DNA of 64,000 nt from NCBI RefSeq assembly GCF_009914755.1, contig NC_060930.1. One strand, given 5' to 3'. Positions within the stretch are counted from its first letter, which is position 1. The number at the start of each line of letters is the position of its first letter. The DNA comes from the human T2T-CHM13v2.0 reference genome, Homo sapiens. The notes under the pieces are model-generated. The model did not search any database, was not told where the DNA came from, and saw nothing but the letters and a program-made list of their open reading frames with translations. Both the position numbers and the translations under genes were made by a program. Below, piece after piece: positions 45,382-58,030 of this stretch.

Positions 45382-46916
45382 TGCCACAACAACAGTGTTA
45401 GAATGTTCTGAATTTTTATACTTTTACCTGTGAATTTTATGCCTTCGGATGATGTTCTTATTGCATGTTAGTGTCCTTTTCTTTCAGATTGAAGAACTCC
45501 CTTTAGCATTTCTTCTAAGAAAGGTCTGGGGGTGATGAATTCCCTCAGTTTTTGTTTGCCTGGGAAAGTATTTATCTCTTTTTTATGTTTGAAAGTTAGC
45601 TTTGCTGGGTACAGTATTCTCAGTTGACAATTTCTTTTCTTCAGTGCTTTGTCATCCTGCTCCCTCCTGGCCTGTGGTTTCCACTAAGAAGTCTGTTGCC
45701 AAACAAATTGGAGCTCATATATGTTGTTTTCCTTTCTCTTGCTCCTTTTGGGATTATCAACTTTTGAAAGTTTCATTATTATATGCCTTGGGGTAGTCTT
45801 ATTTGGGTGAAATCTGTGTGGTGTTCTCTACCCTTCTTGTACCTAGAGATTTATATTTTCTCTAGGGTTGGGGAGTTTTCTTGTATTATTTCTTTATGTG
45901 ATCTTTCTACCACTTGCCCTTTCTCAACTCCTTCTTGAAGGCCAATGACTCTTAGATTTGCCTTTTTGAGGCTATTTTCTGGATTTCAGAGGCATTCTTT
46001 ATTCCTTTTCTTTTTTTTTCTTTTTTCTCCTCTGAATGTATTTTCAAATAACCTGTCTTCAAGCTCATAAATTCTTTCCTCTGCTTCATCAGTTCTGCTG
46101 TTTTAACCCTCTGATGCATTTTTTTTGATTCAACTAAAGTATTTCTCACTCCAAAATTTCTGTTTAACTTTGTAAATTAATTATTTCAATCTCTTTGTTA
46201 AATTTCTCTGATAACTTTATAAATTGCTTTTATGTGTTATCTTGGAGTTCACTGAGTTTCTTTAGAATTCTTATTTCGGATTATTGACCTGAGAGCTCAC
46301 ATATTGCCATCTCATTGGAGTCAGCCACTGCTCCTTGCTTTACCCATTTGGGAAGGTTATGGCTCCCTGTTTGCTGGTGTTTTTTATGAATGGATATCTG
46401 TGTCTTATTGAAAGGTTAGTTATTTATCCCAGTCTTCATTCCCTGTGTTGGTGTGGTCTGTCTAGTGATGTGTATTTACAGGTTCTATGCTGGTTGCCTG
46501 TTGAGTCCCCTTAGCCCTAGACAGCTGCCTTTATTTTGGCACTAGATGGTGCCCTAGGCCCAGGTTTCCCACAGCTCTCACACAAGTTGGAAGCACTGCC
46601 CATTCTGGATTGGGGAGAGGGGTCTCCAAGAGAATTTCTCTGCTGTTTGGGAGGCTGACTAGGAGTTTATGCCCAGAAGACTCATGAATGTGCCTCCTAC
46701 AATGTGGTGCTGCTGAACCTCCTCTCTGACTCGGTATCTCCTTTGTCTTCTGCTCACAATTTTTCACTTCTCTGTGGCTTCAAGGATCTTCACAGCCTCA
46801 GCTTCGAATTCTGGGTTATTGGTGATGATAATCTTGACACTAGATAGTTGTTTTTGGTTTTCTGTGAGGAAGATGGAAGGCAGATTTCTTCTACTCCACC
46901 ATTTTGGTGATGTCAT
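45382..46916 (-). mobile_element. Old L1M fragment containing only 5' UTR and ORF1
   Basis: Reverse ORF1 (GATGAATTCCCTCAGTTTTTGTTTGCCTGGGAAAG) and reverse 5' tip CTACTCCACCATTTTGGTGATGTCA. Confidence 0.78.
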
Positions 46917-46919
46917 ACC

Positions 46920-47282
46920 CATAGACGGAGTAGCTTATAAATAATAGAAATTTATTCTCTCACAGTTTTGGAGAAACTGGCATGTCCAAGATCAAGGCAC
47001 CACAAGTTTGGTGTCTGGTGAGGGCTGCTGTCTGCTTCCAAGATGGTGTCTTGTTACTGCCTCCTCCAGAGAAATGAACTCTGTGTCTTCATGGTGGAAG
47101 GAACAAAAGGGCAAAGGGGGCTTAAGCTAGTTCTCTCCAGTTGTTTTAGAAGGCACTAATCCATTTTTGAGTGCAGGGCCCTCAATGACTCAATCAAATT
47201 CAAAAGTCTCTATCTTTTAATACCACCACAATGGGGATTAAATTTCAACACATGGATTTTGGGGGACGTTCAGACCATAGCA
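46920..47282 (-). mobile_element. MLT1A-like LTR (remainder probably at ~45335-45381)
   Basis: AGAAATTTATTCTCTCACAGTTTTGGAG...GTCCAAGATCAAGGCACC...TTCAGACCATAGCA terminus. Confidence 0.85.
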
Positions 47283-47378
47283 AGTAGCCTCCACTTCCTC
47301 CTAGCTCTGTCTTTCCAGTAGTGTGTCAGTTTATAAATCAATTGGAAGGGCAGAAGCCAGGAGGAAGTGGAGGCTGCT
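47283..47378 (+). other. Inverted repeat forming a 37-bp hairpin (pri-miRNA-like)
   Basis: 47283-47319 pairs with 47341-47378: 32 Watson-Crick pairs, 4 G-U, 1 A-C mismatch, 1 bulge; 21-nt loop. Confidence refers to the inverted repeat, not to function. Confidence 0.9.
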
Positions 47379-48088
47379 AATATGCATCCTTGTTCCTGAG
47401 AAAGGGAGATGAGAGATCCAATGATAACTACAGAGAGATGTACTTCTAAGTAAAATTATCCTTTAGGAGGGGAAAAAATTAAGCAGTTTTAAAGGCTGAT
47501 GAAAAAGAGTGAGTAGAAAAGGAAAATTTGAAGATAATTGATCAAGCAAGGTTGCTGAGGAGCCACGACAAAGCTCTGGCAGGGCTAGCCTTGAACAGAA
47601 GCCTTTTCTCTGCGTGGTGATGTAGTGAAGTTCGGGAAAGAGGAGAAAAGAGTATTTGAAAACAACATTTGGTAGCCTTTATTTTCTGAATTATTCAATG
47701 AGGGAAATGGAAAGAGAGAAGAAACAGGTCAAATACAAATAGAGCATATTTTTAGAGGAGCCAATTGAGATGAGAAACCACATATTCCTAGTAGTGTTAG
47801 TTCATACTATTTTGACATTCTCTTCACTATTGTACAGCCCTCAGTTACAAGCAAGAAGTCTCAGCTTTCATAGCAGTTAATTAACTTGGCCACCTACTGG
47901 CCCAATGTCCAAAAACACCAAAATCTTTCTTTAATTTACTACAAAGGCTACTAGGTGCCCATCAGAGATCAGAGCCAAGAATTATCCTTTATCCAGATCC
48001 TCTCAAAGGGCCAGATAAGAGAACTGATATTTAACAGTGTCATCTGGGAGATCATTACCAACCTCTCTGTATGAAAATAGGTTTCCAG

Positions 48089-48378
48089 GGGCCACCCACA
48101 GTGGCTCATGCATATAATAGCAGCACTTTGGGAAGCTAAGGTGGGAGGCTTGAGGCTAGGAATTTGAGGCCAGCCTGAGCAATATAGCAAGACCCCATCT
48201 CTAAAAAAAAAATTAAAAAATAACCGTGCATGGTGGCGTGCACCTGTAGGAGGCACCTGTAGGTGGAGGCTAAGGAAAGAGGATTACTTGAGCCCAAGAG
48301 TTTGAGGTTGCAGTGAGCAATGATGCATTCCATTGTGTTTCAGCCTGGCCAACAGAGTGAGACCTTGTCTAAAAAAAA
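48089..48378 (+). mobile_element. AluJ
   Basis: AluJ-type GGATTACTTGAGCCCAAGAGTTTGAGGTTGCAGTGAGC; TSD TAGGTTTCCAG(G) at 48078 and 48380. Confidence 0.92.
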
Positions 48379-48853
48379 TTAGGTTTCCAGGATATTACAT
48401 ACTTGACTTTGTTTAGTCTTCCTGAAGAATTGCCTTTTCTAAGTTACATGTTAATATTTTACTTTTTCATTTCTTAAAGGTCAGAACAGGGATTAAAAAT
48501 TTAGACAATGCTTATCATTTTCATCTATTTTTTGTTGAAGATATTGCCTGTGCTGCTTAATGCAACTTGTATAAATTCATCAGAAACATATTATTTTTAG
48601 ATTTAAATGTTATGATAGTATTTGTTTCTCTTAAAGAGCTAACATGTTTCATCTTAATTGGTAATGAGAACATTGCATTTTCTGTTTATCTCTTGCCTAC
48701 CAGGAAGCTCAAAACTAAAATTAATGCTCAATCACAGAATATATTCTAGCTTATGTGCATAGATACTAGCTTCTTCCACCTTACTTCAATGGCATTAATT
48801 TATACTTTTTTATAATTGTAAAATATCTCAACTCTATTTTTGGAAAGAGTCAG

Positions 48854-48856
<3 letters not shown>

Positions 48857-48889
<33 letters not shown>

Positions 48890-48903
48890 TATATATATAT
48901 ATA
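48857..48903. repeat. (AT)n microsatellite with one interruption
   Basis: Read directly. Confidence 0.95.
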
Positions 48904-49977
48904 AAGGGAAGTGACCTCCTCGTAGGTGTATATCTCAACCAGAATTTCTGTATGCTATGAAGCAGATGGTAATGACAGGTGGAAAGTTTTTTTTTAAACT
49001 GTGGAAACTGGAGGTATCTTACACTCATAGTTTAATACGCTAAAGATGAGAAGATCTAGTGTGTACAGAAGAATCCTTGAGTGTTGATCACATAACAGAA
49101 GAGAATCATACTTTTTCAGATTATTTGAAATTCCTTTCTTGGCTCAGATGCTCACCTGTTCCTGCCATTTCCTTCTTAGTGCATTCTGGGACCTGCCATG
49201 AGGCTGTGTTTGGACATTTTGTCCCTTTTTGACAGGGCATATGTGTGGCTGAAACATTCTGTCTTTCTTCCATGTTCAACCTCGATATGGGTGCCTCTGT
49301 GGATTTATAACAGTCTCCCTTCCTGTTTTCCCCTTTTCTCATGTTTATAATAAAAATAAATAAAATCTGGGAAAGGCGAGTCTGTTTGTAAAGTGACTGC
49401 TCAGTGAGAAATGGAGAGGAAGCTTGCTTTTACCCATCTTCTAACTTCTCCTGGTGTTCTCATGCACTTCCCTGGCCATAATTACTTGTAGTCTGGCAGC
49501 CAGTTTTGTTGAATGTTCTAGGTAGGCTCAGTACCTATGATGCTGTCTTCTACTTCATTCTTGTTTGCCTTAAGGGCAACATGATGTAACTTGGGAAACC
49601 GAGCTTGATATAGGATGAGAAAATGGAAGACACCCTATGTCTCTTAAACCTGTTAATAAGGTGGTGATTCAATCACAGAGAATAGAGGGAGGTGCTGTGT
49701 GTTGATACATGTGAGGGATAAATTAATCTTTGGCTAGAAGCACCAAATTTGAAACCATGAAAAGGCAAATTCATTTTTTTGGTCTATGTCAGTACATGCT
49801 AAAGGAAAGTTTAGTATGAAATATCTTTGATATGCCATTTTAAAAGTAAAATCTTACTTGAAAAGAAACTGCCTCTTAAAAATGAAAAAAAATCGAGTGA
49901 GTGATTAATTTTTTGAAGTGCTTATATTCTGCCTTTTACAAGGTTATTTTAGGCTCTCCTTGGTACAGAGGAATGCA

Positions 49978-50135
49978 GTCAAGGAGTCTTAAACCTTATT
50001 GTTCATACAAATCACCTGGGGAGCTTCAATTACAGATTCTGACTTAGTAGATCTGGGGTGGGCCTGAGCGTCTGTCTCTACAGGCTCTCAGGTGGTATTG
50101 ATGCTGCTGATTTCTGGACCGCAATATGGACAGAA
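49978..50135. mobile_element. MER5A (hAT-Charlie) remnant
   Basis: AATCACCTGGGGAGCTT...AGATTCTGACTTAGTAGATCTGGGGTGGGCCTGAG...GATGCTGCTG. Confidence 0.75.
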
Positions 50136-50841
50136 CCTCTGGAAGCCCCTTCTCATAATTTACTTCTTATGACAGTGTATTGTAGATGCTTTCCCATACA
50201 TTTATGAATTATTTCCTGCAAAATCGTTTATATATGTTTAAGAGAAATGTTGTTTGATTCTCACATAGGCAGAAAATGGATTTTAAAATGTGCAAATTTA
50301 AAAAATTATAGAAAAGATATTTATCTATTCATTTCTTACATTTAATGATTTTAAAAATATGCATTAGCTAACCTGAATAATTACTGAATGTAGCATTGTA
50401 GTTAATCAAATTTCTGGTTACATCAATGCCTTCTCCCGCTAGAATACTTTGCCCCCAAAAAGTATCTGTCCTGGTGGAATATAAACTGCTGGAAAGTAAG
50501 ATCTTAGTTTTGTTTCATTCACTGATATTTTTTCAGCAATTAAAGTAGGGATTCGGACACTGTAGACACTTGGTACACATTTGTTCAATTGAATTAAGTA
50601 TGGAAGGCTTTTGTTTCAAATGCCTTTTCTGCCTTAGTAAGGGGTTTGATGATTTAAGAGCTTACAGGGCTTCACATCAATTCTTAGTGCCTAGTACTGT
50701 AAATGTAAATGTAAATGAAACAAGATGATCGATTATTTATTCAACTTCCAAGAACCAGCAACATTAGAAGTCTTTGGTTTTTACTAAATTTGTTGTAGAT
50801 TATTTTTCTTTTGCTTCTTTCTCACCAAAGTGGAATACAGC

Positions 50842-50863
50842 AAAAAAAAAAAAAAAAAAAAAA
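50842..50863. repeat. Poly(A)22 tract
   Basis: Read directly. Confidence 0.9.
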
Positions 50864-51059
50864 TCAAATTAATTGCATGTTTTGTGGGTAGACTCTACTT
50901 ATTATCACTCTTCCCTTTTTCCCTTTTTAATCATTGAAGGAAAAATCATTACATTTACTGGCAATTAAAGCTCACAGATGTTATATTTTTCTCAATCACT
51001 CTCTTTATATGAATACTGGTATCTAGTACCCTCTCTTCCTTTTACACTTTAGCGCCCGT

Positions 51060-51265
51060 GGGCAGCAAGAGGTGTACTGAGTAGGAGGACCTGGATTTGA
51101 TCTCACGTCCTCTGAGAACAACCTCCATGACTCTGGACAAGCCAGGAAACTGCTTTAAGTCCATCTGTCTTCTCATCTGTAAAGAGTCTGTCTTGCCTTT
51201 GCCTTTCTTACACGCTTCCTGTGAGACCCAAATAGTTGATGTGGAAGTACTTTGGAAACTGTATA
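51060..51265 (+). mobile_element. MIR-family SINE
   Basis: GAGGACCTGGATTTGA...CATGACTCTGGACAAG...TCTTCTCATCTGTAAA...AAGTACTTTGGAAACTGTA. Confidence 0.65.
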
Positions 51266-53589
51266 CTTTTATATACATACAATTAGCTGCATTATATTCT
51301 ACTATAGCTTGTATTGTTATTTTCTCATTTTTATTATTAATAATTCCTCCTAGCCTCTACATTTACCAGAAAGTTATAAACAACCACTATTACTCAGCAT
51401 TTATTTAAAATGATAGATTATATGCTAAAAGAGAGTATCTAAGTCCTTGATTTGAAAAGAAAGCTTAGATGTGGGGTTACACACAGCTAGTTACTACAAG
51501 ATGCATGATGCATGACTATCATTGTAGCCCAGCTTTTTCTCTCTACAGCCTCTGAAGGATCTCCTGATCATTGACATTAATTTCTTCATATGCTCTGCCT
51601 ACTGTCTGATTTTCTTCCACCCTTACTCTTTGTAGGTGGGCTTGAAGGGTAACCCTCATATTTATATCAGTAAGCCAGCAAGTTAGTCAATTTATTTTAT
51701 AAAAACTGCTCTACTAATTATTAGGCAGTGCACCAGGCATCAGATATTAAAAATGAATCCAGGTGTGCAGAGGCCAATAAAGTTTGGTAACATAAGCAAA
51801 TATATGTAAAAAATTATCCAGATATTTTATTACAGTACAGTAAAATAATATTTTTATGTTTCCAAATTTTATGGGTACCCTGCAGTTCTTACCATTGTTT
51901 TTAGTCCAGATGGAGGGCTAGAGAAAGGATTATTGCCACATCATTGTGAGAGGGTGTGAGGTCCAAGGGAGGGACAGGTTACTTCCAGTGGGGATATTGG
52001 GTAGGTATTTGAAATAAGAGGCATTAAAACTGGGTCTTACATGATAGCTAGTGTTACAAATGCAGAGCTATATGGAAAAATAATCTCACATCAATAAAAT
52101 CATGTAAATCAGGGATCTGAGTATGGTGCTAACAGGTATGCAGAGAATGGTGAGTGGTTTAATTCATCTGGAGCAGAAGGTAGTTACAGGAGAGTTGTGG
52201 AGCTGGTTGGAAAAGCGGACCCAGATGTCAGAGTGCTGAGAATGTCAGAGTTTGAATTTGTCTTCCATCTGCTATGTTAGTCAAAATAGAGTAGACCCTC
52301 TTTTGCAAATTTCTACCAAAGACTGATAAATAGGGATTTATTTTTAACATTTCCTGCCCACTCATTTTTCGGGTTCTTTTTTCCTCCTTGTATTAGAAAG
52401 CGACACCTTTGCAAGGAAGCCACCTTCTTTGTTTGTCTAGAAAAACATCATTAATCATACAGTCCATTTACATTTCCAGAGCAACATAAATATTTGATTT
52501 TAAGAAGGATACAGGCAAACTTATTGCAATGTTTTGCAGCTAGAGTTGCAGCCTCTGTGGACATGTGGCCCGCCTCTCAGTGAAGCAAAAGGCATATCAC
52601 AAGCTGGTTTCTCAGCTGTGAAATGCCACTACTTAGGTCACATGCCTCAGGAAAAAAAAAAAAAAACCTGCCAGGAGCAACGCCTTCTTCTTGGCAGAGA
52701 GGCATGCCACCTGTCACCCAAAGCTGCTGTCCCCTCTAGCATCATGCACAGATAACTTTGCTTCACTTCTGCATGTGGGGAAGTTGTGTTCTCTGCCTTT
52801 TGCAGTGTATTTCTCCATGGCATTTATCTAGTGGAGAATTTAGTTTGAAACTTATTGAATTGGGGTTTATTGCCCATACTTATTGGACAAATCTTAATCC
52901 AGAAGAATGGTTATAACCTAGAATGACACTGGGTGAAAATTTGAATTGTGTTTCACATGAAAGATGGCATATAACAGGCATATTTCCACCTGACACCTAG
53001 CTATGATGCCACCCTTGGTGACAGAGCAAGATCACTCCTTATGTCACTCCTTAATAGCATGCATGGGTTCCTGGAAATCAGCCTTAGTGAACACATTCTG
53101 GATCCTTAGAACCATGCCTCATCAACTCTTAAGGCATAGAAAACAAGGAACATAATTCACATATTCACAAGCAGGTAAAGCACTCCATACAGCGTGTACC
53201 ATATTTTAGATTTCCTCCATATCTTTGTAAGGTCTGATATGGGGTTAAGCACAAAGTGCTTAATTAATATTTGTTGAATGAATAAGCAAATATTGTTTTG
53301 TTAAGAGGCAATCTAATAGACATTTGGGCTGGCCAGGGTATTGGAATTCCTTGGCTTCATGTTTCTCTAGGAAGGACCTATGTAAAACCTCACTGGGACT
53401 TACTTTTAGGAAGAGATGCATGTTCTTACTGCCATAATAATGCCATCTTGGCACAAGTGTAATACTTAAGAGTTAAAGCATTTTCCTTTGCGTTTTTGAG
53501 TGATTCCAAAACATATGCCATTAAAACCATTAAAACATATGCTTTTCCAAAACATTTCAAATATAATTCTTATTTTTGCCCTCTGTTTT

Positions 53590-54065
53590 TGTTATGGGTT
53601 AATTGTGTCCCACCACACCCCCCAAAAAAGTTGGAACCCTAATACCTGATATCTCATAATATGAGCTTATTTGAAAATACGAGCTTTACAAAGGTGATTT
53701 AAATGGTAAAGTTAAAATGATATCATTAGGGTGGGCCCCAATCCAACATGATTAGTGACCTTATAAAAAGAAGAAATTTGGATACAAAAAAAGACACGCA
53801 CACAGGAAGAACACAATTTGAAGATGAAGACGGAGATTGGGGTGATGCATCTGCAAGCCAGGGAATGCCAAAGATTGTCAGCAACCACCAAAAGCTAGGA
53901 GAAGGCATGGGACAGACTCTCCCTCACATTTGTCAGAAAGAACCAATTCTATCGACACCTTAATTTCAGATTTTTAGCCTCTAGAACTGTGAGAGAATAA
54001 ATTTTTGTTGTTTAAGCCACCCAGTGTATGCTACTTTGTTACAGCAGCCCTAGAGAACTAATACA
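53590..54065 (+). mobile_element. MLT1B/C-like solo LTR
   Basis: TGTTATGGGTTAATTGTGTCCC...AGAGAATAAATTTTTGTTGTTTAAGCCACCCAG...AACTAATACA; TSD GTTTT/GTTCT. Confidence 0.88.
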
Positions 54066-54266
54066 GTTCTTTTGAGGCTATTATATTGTAAAACCTGCTC
54101 TAGGTTTTGGTACTTTCTGCATGTGCTAAAAAAAAAACTAGTGTTCACGGTGCAACTGATGCTCATCTTTTTATCGACTATTAATTGCTTAACTTTTACC
54201 CTCCCCCTACCATGTGAACCACCACCTTCTACTCATAAATGGTAATATAACTCAGAGGTATGTTAT

Positions 54267-54727
54267 TGTGATGGCTAATTTTAGGTGTCAGCTTGACTTG
54301 ATTAAGGGACACCCGGATAGCTGGTAAAGCATCATTTTTGAGTAGGTCTATGAGGGTATTTCCCAAGAGATTCACATTTGAATCAATGGGTTGAGCAAGG
54401 AAGAGCTGCCCTCAATAATGAAATAAGCTAAGGACCTATATAGAACTGGAGATGGGACCCCCATTTTCTCCTTTTCTTACACGTCAGTACTCCAGGATTT
54501 ACGACTTTGAACTCCAGGACTTGCATCAGTAGCTGCCTAGATTCTTAGGCCTTTGGCCCTGTACTGAGGGTTATGCTATCATCAGCTTCCCTGGTTCTCA
54601 GGCCTTTGGACTTAGACTGAGTCACATCACTGGCTTCCTTGGTTCTCCAGCTTGTAGACAAGTTACTGTGGAACTTCTCAACCTCCATAATTGGCATGAG
54701 CCAATTCCCATATGAAACCTCCTTTCA

Positions 54728-54775
<48 letters not shown>

Positions 54776-54819
54776 ATCTCATGTTGGTTCTGTCCCTCTA
54801 GAGAATCTTGACTAACAAA
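54267..54819 (+). mobile_element. MLT2B-like (ERVL) solo LTR
   Basis: TGTGATGGCTAATTTTAGGTGTCAGCTTGAC...TTGGTTCTGTCCCTCTAGAGAATCTTGACTAA. Confidence 0.85.
54728..54775. repeat. (TATC)12 tetranucleotide STR inside the MLT2 LTR
   Basis: 12 perfect units read directly. Confidence 0.95.
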
Positions 54820-54849
54820 ATTATTATTATTAAAAAATAACAACGATGG

Positions 54850-55065
54850 CAGTACCATGGAGTGAGTATTTATTGTGTGCCAAACACTGTGCAATTGTTC
54901 AATGTTCATTGCTTCATTTGGTCCTCTCGATAACCCTAGAAGGTAGGTACTATTATTATTCTTGGAAGTTTAAAAATGATCATCTAAGTCATACAGGTAA
55001 AAAGTGGCAAACGCAGGGTTCAAACCCAGTCAGTCTCATTCCAAAGGCTTAGTGTCTGATTACTA
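54850..55065 (-). mobile_element. MIR
   Basis: GAGTATTTATTGTGTGCCAAACACTGTGC...GGTAGGTACTATTATTATT...GGGTTCAAACCCAG. Confidence 0.75.
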
Positions 55066-56144
55066 CGTATAATCTCCTGTATAAGGAGACACTAAGATTC
55101 AAAACAGGCTTATGAGTTTTGAGCTAGATATTGTCAGCATTTTTAATGTCTAAGTGAGTAAGGAAAATGTAAATAACCGGTGCAAAGACTGTATTACCAT
55201 GAGTGAGGGCAAAGTCTTTTTAAAAAATCAGGTCCTGGAGCTATATTGCATTCGACACACCTGTTCTTGTCAACCAGAAGGACATAGCCCAACTCATTAC
55301 CAATTCAGAAAAGGATAAAATAAATGCACACTGGGTCTTCCTTTTCTGTTTTCTTCATGTGTGTCTCTCTAGAAAATGTGTGTCTCTCTAGAAAAGGCAG
55401 TTCTACTCTAAAGCTTGCTCCTGTTTGGCTGCAAGTAACAGATAGAGGGAGGCATTGTCAGAGGGTAAGAGTAGCTACACACTGATTTGTTTTAAAGCAC
55501 ACTTGATCCTTGAAAAACCTTCAAACACAGTAACTCCTGGAAATGATGATAAAAAGACATGCCTTCTTTTCTTCTGTATTTAGAACAATTCTATAATTAA
55601 AAGAAACAAACATATCCATATTTCTAAAAACAAGGGATATTTTTAAGAGGGGGGAGGGGAAGAAAAGCTATATCTTCTCTTTGGAAATTTCCAGGGCATT
55701 AGTAATGGGAGTTTACTGCATTTTGAAATTTGACAATACTCTTAGCTGCTCATTCTCCAAAGCAGAATCTACACACTGCCAATTAATTTTCCATTGTAGT
55801 GTTAGTTCATGCAGAAGCCAGCCTCTCTTACTTAGTCCCTAGTGTGATTACGGCATATGCCTATGAGATTCCTGTTTGTTTGTTCATTTGCTTTTGTGGA
55901 AGGAATTCCGGTATTAGGCTCATTTGATTGGACCAAATAAAGCTGATGACCTGTGAACCTGTGATCCAGTGAGGAGGATACATAGAGTCTATGGTTTCAT
56001 AACAGAGCGTTGCAATCAACCCTTCCTGGGAAGGTCTACCAGTGACTTTGGCTTACCAAAAGAGCTACTAGCCTTTTAAATTTTGGTTCCTCCATTTGTA
56101 GTTATAGTTCAAGCAGACACATAATAAAAAGTCTGGGTATGAAG

Positions 56145-56345
56145 GAGGGGGATTAGTGGTTAATAAGGAGACTTGGACTCAGACACATCTGCTTTCTTAC
56201 CCTATCTTAGAGCCGTGTGACTTTAGGTGAGTCACTGAGACTCTCTAAACCTACTCCTCAAATCTGCAAACCAGAGATTATAATTGTACTTACTTCTCAT
56301 GCAGCTAACAAGATAATGGCTAGCATATAATAAGAACTCAATAAA
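56145..56345 (+). mobile_element. MIR
   Basis: TAGTGGTTAA...GTGTGACTTTAGGTGAGTCACT...CTCTCTAAACCT...ATCTGCAAA...CTCAATAAAA. Confidence 0.7.
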
Positions 56346-57619
56346 ATACATAAACATACACACATAAGCTAATAAGGTGGTGGTCTGATATTGTGTATCC
56401 TACAGTGGTTAGCTTCTATTGGAAGTGACTTCCCCTCCATCTGTAAATATGATACAGTGCTCATCCTAAGTCTTTTTCAGAGACCTACACTGGAGCTAGC
56501 ACATAATTTACTGATAAAGGGGAAAAGAGGAAGATTCATATAGAGAATAGACTGAGAGCCTCTTAGGCATCTAACTGCTCCCATCCCTTGACTGCTTTGC
56601 ATCTGGAAAATTTGCAGTGTTTAATATGCTCCTGTTAAAAGGTAATGCCTTTGGAAAATATAGCACTTAAAGCTATGATCAGTTATGACTTCAAGATTTT
56701 CAGATAAGTGGTTAGGGGGTCATGACAGAGTAGTGCCTGCAGCGGGGAGCCAGTCCTTCACAGGCCAGTTGGAAGACATCAAAGGTTATTCCTATTTCAT
56801 AATTGTTAGTGGATTTTAGCTATGAACATATGTATAGCATTTCCTGAAGTTTCCTGAGAATCATCTTTAATCATCATCACTACTGTTTCCCAAGCACCCT
56901 TATATAATCTTCTTGGTTTATATAAACTAATGGCTTCTACTCTGTACAAGGTTGCGATTTGAAAAGGCACTGGGAAGAAAATACCAGTTGCAAAGGATGG
57001 TGGAGGCTGAAGTCATGTCAACAAGATCATAAGGCTGAAACCAGATATTTGTAATGCTGCTTGTAACTTTCTCGAGAGTAGGATATATCTTATATCTCTT
57101 CTGATTTATATAGCACTTATTACAACTCCTTGTACATAGGCTGAAAATGTTAGTTTAAATAAATTGACATTACAAAGTAGGATTTTTTTAAATTTTAAAT
57201 CAGAGTTGTGAGGCTGTGAGGAAAACATGTTCTTTATTTGTCTGAGGGAAAGAATTAGAGATTGGGAGCAATTTCTGTAACCAAACTTTCCTCAATATTA
57301 TATTTACTTTATTACATTCCATTTTCTTAGTCATTTATGGGCCATAAATTCAGCCTCTCTGTTGTTTATAACTTAAGTTTTTATTTTTTAATTTTTGTTT
57401 AGGGCACTGGTTGTCACTTCTGGCTGCTCATTACATTTATCTAGGGAGCTTTAAAACCTATAGATGCCCAGCCCCAGCCGTGGAGGCTCTGCTGGAGCCT
57501 GGAAATCAGACTCAGGTGTTCACAGCCCTTCCCATGGGGAGAAGGATGGGGAGTTAGGGAGAGAAAGGGGTAAAGAGTGTGTCTAGCATTGCAAATGTAT
57601 AGGGTGAGTCTGCCTAGTA

Positions 57620-58030
57620 TCATCTGGTATCACCTATCCCATCCCACTCAGCCATGGGTCTCCTTGCCATCCTTGAGCACATGAAGGATGTACCCTCATT
57701 AATGCCTTGGTGTTGGCTGTTTCCTCCAGCTGAAATCCACTTTCTTCAGCTATTTTTGTGGCTGGCTGCTTCTTTTCATTTAGATCTTAATTCAAATATC
57801 ATTTCCTCAGGAATCCCTTCTCTATATAAAGTATAACCCTTCCCCTTTCACTTTCTATCCTGTTGCTTTGTTGTGTTTACTTTGTGCCATTTCCTACTAT
57901 TGGAAATTATCTCATTTATGCAATTCTTTACATATTTGTTGTTATACTCACCTACTAACAGAACACCGTCATATTTCCAGAACCTAGAACAATGCCTGAT
58001 GCCCCAAAAGCTTGAAGTATACATTTTTGA
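57620..58030 (+). mobile_element. L2 3' region
   Basis: CTCAGCCATGGGTCTCCTTGC...AATTCAAATATCATTTCCTCAG...CCAGAACCTAGAACAATGCCTG. Confidence 0.7.
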
